Shown piece after piece: positions 57,633 through 64,000 of a stretch of 64,000 bases of DNA (positions are counted from its first letter, which is position 1; each line of letters starts with the position of its first letter). The notes below the pieces were generated by a model. The model saw nothing but the letters and a program-made list of their open reading frames with translations. It was not told the origin of the DNA and searched no databases. The stretch is from Macrostomum hystrix (lineage: Eukaryota > Animalia > Platyhelminthes). The stretch covers positions 4,481,347 to 4,545,346 of the forward strand of contig CATNEN010000037.1 of NCBI GenBank assembly GCA_950097015.1, given 5' to 3'. Made by a program: the position numbers and the translations under genes.

Positions 57633-59789
57633 TCAGATTCAAATTTTGTGTTCCCGTAAATTTCCAGTAATCTGAAGTGAGTCCTCATATTGTCGGCCCA
57701 GAGAAATAATGTAGCAACATTCGCTGCTGCCTCTGATGCCACTGCAAGGACCGTGCGAACCGGCGTTGGGGGGCCAGTTTCCGCTGCAACCGCTAAAAAA
57801 TGACTTAATTGAGACTCATTTTTCTTTGCTCCCAAATTTTTTTCGCAACATAATTTTCCCCCTACTCAGTCAAGTCGGATCTTCTTTTGAAGCAGCCTAA
57901 ATTTCTCGCTCAAAGCCTCTTTCCTAAAAGGTGAAATTGGGGGTCGTCAGGCCTTTGACCCACTAGCAACCGCCCCATCATCCCCAATTTTCGCCACTTT
58001 TCTGTCGCCTTTGAGCGGGCAGTTTTATCCCTGTTCGATCAGGGGCCTCTTTGAACCAAAATCTGGACTAGGAGACGAAAGCAGTTACCGGAAGCAGGGA
58101 GTATACTGTCCACGCCCACTTCTTACTCAAATTATTTCTTCTTCTTCTGCCTTCTGCCTCGCAGACGGCGCGAATATGCAGAAATTGACAGTTCCCAAGT
58201 GTCGCTAAACCGGCAAGAGCTTTGCCATGAGCCAGATAGAGCCGATGAGTTGTTGGTGGGACCGGCCCACAGATTGGAGGATAATTAGAAGATTGAGGCC
58301 CGGCGGGCCGCATCGGCCTCCGGGTGTTATTGGGAAATAATTGCATCAGGAAGGGCCGAGGCCACGGCTGCTTGGCTAGCGGCGGTAGCGTGACGGCCCC
58401 AGTCGGCAGGTGATTGAGTTAGGAACCGGGGAGATGATGAAAAGTCAGCCGGCCCACATGCAGCCAGTTTTGCTTGCCAATTTCTGTCACCCGGCCCTGC
58501 GCCCCACCCGCTGGGCCCTCGGAACCCACTTGCGAGCTGCAGCCCCAGATCCCAGGTTTTTCTGAGAAGCCCAAACTGGGATTCGCACCGAGGAGAAAGA
58601 AGAGAGACAAGCGACTGGGATATCTGCGAATCTTTAGGCTGAGCGAAGGGATTTAAAGGAATTCTAGAGAGCGCGAGAGGAAATCTAGGGTGGGATAAAG
58701 CCTAGGCGGCGTTGTTATCCCATCATGACTGTTCAGCTTTTTCCTTCCTCATCTTCTTCTTTCTCTATTTTGCTAGGGACAGCCGGCCCCGCCACTGTCC
58801 CCAGTAATCTATCCCATCTTATCCCTGAAAATCCCATTTCCCCAGACTCTCCCAAGCCCGACTCGAAACCAACACCGCCGATCTCGGTCCAAATCCCTGC
58901 TCTGTGACCCGGCTATAGCCTGTGCTCAAATCCTGGGCCGCGGATCTCCCCTACTTCTCCCGCGGGGCCTGACGCCGGCGACGATCGGCGGAAAGATAGA
59001 GAGAGAGAGACTCGGCCGAGCAAAACGATGTCCTGCTAGGCCACCTTGGGCATTTGTCAAAGCATCCTGGTATCCCCATGGCTTGACTGGCAATCTGTTC
59101 AACAGTTTCCTCCCCCCCACCACCACCCACAGCATCCCTCTAAGACTCGCAGCTTTCTATAGGAATTTTTTGCCTGTGTGCGTGGCTGAGGGGCACGCGT
59201 GTCCGACTGGGGGACCCTGGTTTAGGGGGGTTTGTCGTTCGGGAGTTGTCGTAAATTTAAATTGCAAATGTTTCCTAGGCCGAGTCCAGGGTGAGAAGAA
59301 TGGGATCTAGCGGCGGCTCAAGCAGCAACCAGAGGCCCTACACGCGTCCCCATAGGACTGGCGCTGCTAGCCTCATTTCATATGCAAAGCGCTCTGTTAT
59401 TGATGGCTAGTTAACACCCCCACACAGTAGCGGGATCTTCCCCCTGCAGCAGCGATCCCCAACACCCCGATCCCACATCCCAGACTGCTGACAGCGGCAT
59501 CGTTTTGTGCTCAGCTGTCCGGCCTCACAACTGGAGCCAACAGACTCAACACTCGATCTGCCAGAAGTTTGACAATCGGATTTTGAAAACTCGAAAGTTG
59601 CGACTTTGGCGTTCGATAAAAAGGGAAAGTGTTCGGACTAGCCTACTTATAGTAGGCTTGGAAATTTATCATAAGTGTTTTCAATTTGAAGTTGAAAAGC
59701 ACATTCTGGAGTTTTATTTAGATTTAATGTATGTTTTTCGATAAGCTCTTGCTATGAAATTTTGATGGACAAAAATGTTTGACTGGTTC

Positions 59790-60958
59790 CAATGATAGAT
59801 ATAATTGTCAGGTTCCAATGATTGATAGCATTGTCAGGTTCCAGTGATTGATATCATTGTCAGGTTCCAGTGATTCATATCATTGTCAGGTTCCAATGAT
59901 TCATACTCGTATCATTGTCAGGTTCCAATGATTGATATCATTGTCAGGTTCCAAAGATTCATATCATTGTCAGGTTCCAAAGATTCATAGCATTGTCAGG
60001 TTCCAATGATTCCTATCATTGTCAGGTTCCAGTGATTGATATCATTGTCAGGTTCCAGTGATTCATATCATTGTCAGGTTCCAATGATTCATATCATTGT
60101 CAGGTTCCAATGATTGATAGCATTGTCAGGTTCCAATGATTCATATCATTGTCAGGTTCCAATGATTGATAGCATTGTCAGGTTCCAATGATTGATATCA
60201 TTGTCAGGTTCCAATGATTCATATCATTGTCAGGTTCCAATGATTGATAGCATTGTCAGGTTCCAATGATTGATATCATTGTCAGGTTCCAATGATTCAT
60301 ATCATTGTCAGGTTCCAATGATTGATATAATTGTCAGGTTCCAATGATTGATATCATTGTCAGGTTCCAATGATTGATAGCATTGTCAGGTTCCAACGAT
60401 TCCTATCATTGTCAGGTTCCAATGATTCCTATCATTGTCAGGTTCCAATGATTGATAGCATTGTCAGGTTCCAATGATTCATATCATTGTCAGGTTCCAA
60501 TGATTGATAGCATTGTCAGGTTCCAATGATTGATAGCATTGTCAGGTTCCAATGATTTATATCATTGTCAGGTTCCAATGATTGATATCATTGTCAGGTT
60601 CCAATGATTCATATCATTGTCAGGTTCCAATGATTGATATCATTGTCAGGTTCCAATGATTGATATCATTGTCAGGTTCCAATGATTGATATCATTGTCA
60701 GGTTCCAATGATTGATATCATTGTCAGGTTCCAATGATTGATATCATTGTCAGGTTCCAATGATTCATATCATTGTCAGGTTCCAATGATTGATATCATT
60801 GTCAGGTTCCAATGATTGATATCATTGTCAGGTTCCAATGATTCATATCATTGTCAGGTTCCAATGATTCATATCATTGTCAGGTTCCAATGATTGATAT
60901 CATTGTCAGGTTCCAATGATTCCTATCATTGTCAGGTTCCAATGATTGATAGCATTGT
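59790..60958. repeat. 26-bp minisatellite
   Basis: ATTGTCAGGTTCCAATGATTSATATC about 44 times. Confidence 0.95.
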
Positions 60959-61433
60959 CATTATCATTGTCATCATAAAAACTCAAATACTTTTCTTAAC
61001 AAAGCATGAAAACCTGCGTAAAGAAAGTGAACGTAAAAATTATATATTTGAGCAGGAGTATTATATTTTTTCTAGAAAATATCACAGAAAAAGAAGCCCT
61101 TTAAAAAACAAAAGCGAAATTGATCATCCAAATGTATCAACCTACTGTAAGTAGTTCCACCGGATCATTTGTCGCAGAACTAAAATGATGATGTCTAATG
61201 CTTGATATCAACAGTAAGTCATTATCTGTAATCATAAAGCAGGTTCTATGAACGATGAAATGACACGGAGACGACAAAGATGACAAGCATTGAATAAGTA
61301 AGCATATTCATTAATTAGATGTTGTTACTCTGGATAAATAGATCTGGACTGTGAGTCACACACTTCTTTGGGGAGAGTGACTCGTGGAACCATTGCATCC
61401 AGAGAGCACTGTACACTGCCGATATTGTCGTAG

Positions 61434-62835
61434 CTATTGTAAATTTCCTGCCCCTACAACTACCGGGGCGGGCGCCTGGTACGGTGGCGGCGGAGGATAA
61501 GCCGTGTCGTAGCCATTGTACTGCATCTGCGTCGGGTAGGGTACGGTGTGATGGGGCAAGCCTGGCGTCGCCGAGTAGGCCGGCGGCTGCGTCAGAAACT
61601 GAGGCCCGTCCCCTGTGTGAAAGTGATATTTTTTATGTTTTCTACGAGTTTTTTCGTATCTCCGTCGCTGATTGGCTGGTATTTTAAGAACAAATACGTA
61701 CCCTTCAGAAATCTATGATTGGCTGCTATATGTGGCTTGAATAATAGTAATGAGTCTTCTCGGGGCTTTCTGATTGGCTGATAAATTTAGAATCAAGTAA
61801 AATCACCCTCTCCCACGGGAGCTCTTTGAATAGCTGGAATAATAAGAAAGAAAGAGGTCATCCTTAGGGGCTCTCTTATTGGCTGGTATATTTGGAGTCA
61901 AATAGGCACGCCGTTTTAAAACGGGAAATTGTGCCAAAGCGAATCGCTGATTGCTTGGTATTATTTGGTATCTGACAACGCGTCAGATTTAAAAGGACGC
62001 ACTGGCAGACAAGCTTGCTATTTTTATTTTAGACCTGCCTAACTTTCCAACCCGACGGCGATGTCTGATTGGCTGGCTATAAATAGCTTTGCACTTTAGT
62101 AGTTCTAATTTCCTCGAGCTCACCCATCGGCGCAACGGCGGCCCGTCGATTCTGTGGCTTATTGCCGCCGCAGAAGACCTTCTTGCACTCGACGCAGCCG
62201 ATGCAACATGCCACGACCAGCATGATCAGAATGATGAGCAGAGGGATGCCAAAGATGCAGCCAAGAGCTATTGCGGCTATGCTGAGTTTGACAAGATTAG
62301 GTTGACAGATTGACAGGTTAACAGGTTGACAAGTCAGGGTACTCAGGTAGTTACTTTATTTAGTATGCGCGGATTTTAACCAAGCCCTTAATCTCATAGT
62401 GTCAGACGTCACCAAACACTTAATACTTCAGTTCTAACCTTCACGCAAGGCCTATACTTCCGTTCTCACATCCAACTAACTATTAATCCTTCAGCTTTAA
62501 CATTCACCCAACTATTAATCCTTCAGCTTTAACATTCACCCAACTATTAATCCTTCAGCTTTAACATTCACCCAACTATTAATCCTCCAGCTTTAACATT
62601 CACCCAACTATTAATCCTCCAGCTTTAACATTCACACAACCCTTAATCCTTCACTTTTAACCATAACCCAACCACAAATCCTTCACTTTTTAAGCGTCGC
62701 CAAAACTCTTAATGCTTCAATTTTAACCTTCACCTAGTGCTTAATCCTTGTATTTAAACCTTACCAAACTTTTAACCCTTTAATTCATGTTCAGCCCAAT
62801 GCGTTCAAGAGATCAACTTACGTCGTTGCGTCCAT
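61434..62835 (-). CDS. Small single-pass membrane protein with a juxtamembrane Cys cluster and PY motifs (WBP1/VOPP1/CYYR1/Shisa-like architecture), 116 aa. Exons 62835-62822, 62281-62124, 61612-61434
   Basis: Spliced: MDAT|TIAAIALGCIFGIPLLIILIMLVVACCIGCVECKKVFCGGNKPQNRRAAVAPM|GDGPQFLTQPPAYSATPGLPHHTVPYPTQMQYNGYDTAYPPPPPYQAPAPVVVGAGNLQ*. Canonical donors GTAAGT and GTGAGC; phases are consistent (351 nt). Confidence 0.75.
62470..62760. repeat. 32-bp minisatellite in intron 1 of the small membrane-protein gene
   Basis: CCAACTATTAATCCTYCAGCTTTAACATTCAC, degenerating outward. Confidence 0.85.
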
Positions 62836-63924
62836 GTGTCTATGCTGAAAGGCTGTGTTGGGCTAGCAAGTATTAGTGAAGCAAGTCGCCCACAATGCTC
62901 AGTCGTGTTTTCGTTTGTTGCATACCGAGTCTGCGAAACCAGTTTCTAGTTTAAATTAGTCAGAAAACTGCCCCCCCCCTTCATCTATTCTGGCCTCACC
63001 ATTCTGTGAGGCCAGACCCACATTCCGTATAAACACAGCAATTCTGTATTCTGTGCAAAATAAATAGAAGACTATAGTTGAGACTATAGTTGAGACTATA
63101 GAGACGGCTCCAAGATTCTATAATCCATAAAAACCCAGCCATTGTGGCCTATGGAGTCTGCGCTAACTCTCTCCACCTCTGTCCCACGCCAGGTCACAGT
63201 TGGCAAGCTGGCATTAAAACAGAGCTGCTCATTTTAGATATCGCATGAAATTTCTGTATAACTCACCCGGTGTTCTAATTCTCTTTTTCCAGACTAAAAA
63301 GTTTTTGAATAACTTATTTAACATAGCTTTGCCTCTCCTTTTTCAAAACTTTCTCCACCCTATTCCTCCACCTCTTCCACCCCCAGTCTTTCCCATTTTC
63401 CTCTATTTCTCTCTACTTGCTCCTAATTATCAACATATTCTTAATTAATTTTTTCATACGTTTCTAACGGCAGATTAAGATAGGCTTTTTGAGATAGGAA
63501 TATAGCTTATTAATAAACCTAAAATAAAATCAATTAGTACCTTGCATTTGACAGGCCCTGTCAATCTAAAATGAAGATTTGCTGCGTTGCAATCAAATTG
63601 GACGCAAAGTAACACTGCTCGAAGTTGAGTCGCAAAAATGTTGATAAAACAACCTGTTTTGACAGGTGCTCAGGTCAGCTTCTGAGTAGGCCTGTGTGAG
63701 CTTCAATATAATGCAAATTAGATGAGGTTAAATGATTTTTTTGCACCCAGGTCAGACAGAAAATCTGAGGCACTGAGAATGTGACCGTGAATAAATCCCT
63801 TACTAATTGAAATTTTTCTTCCACAAAACGGCTTGAAGTGATAGACAATCTGACTTAACAAAGCTTTATAAAATTAATTCCCGACTTTGTAGGAATATTG
63901 GAAAATGCCAGCACCTGATAAATG

Positions 63925-64000
63925 GATAGTGGGATGTTGGAATCTGATAACTGAGATTGGATAGTGGGATGTTGGAATCTGATAACTGAGATTGGATAGT
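63925..64000. repeat. Start of a 35-bp tandem repeat running off the window
   Basis: TGGATAGTGGGATGTTGGAATCTGATAACTGAGAT twice plus a partial copy. Confidence 0.8.

Overview
Eukaryotic (metazoan) genomic DNA with GC-rich exons, AT-rich introns and roughly 20% short-unit tandem repeats. Gene content and style suggest a free-living flatworm such as Macrostomum (inference only). Nine host protein-coding genes were reconstructed by hand from splice sites; several are missed or fragmented by the ORF track: KSR-like scaffold (-, runs off the window start), a Ly6/uPAR three-finger GPI protein (-), an intronless innexin (-), a Ras/R-Ras-like GTPase (-), heparan-sulfate 6-O-sulfotransferase (+), a secreted, probably GPI-anchored amidase-signature enzyme (-), Lhx1/5 (+), and a 116-aa PY-motif membrane protein (-). 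An intact hAT transposase makes the ninth CDS. Mobile DNA comprises a complete 4.65-kb hAT (12-bp TIRs, 8-bp TSD) inserted 19 bp upstream of the innexin ATG, a Helitron derivative carrying a nested hAT-type MITE inside Ras intron 1, and two tRNA-derived SINE families. There is no CRISPR array or rRNA. I did not find a clearly new multi-gene system. The most striking item is the hAT/innexin junction, where the element end plus TSD appears to rebuild a 3' splice site, so the insertion could be spliced out of the transcript.
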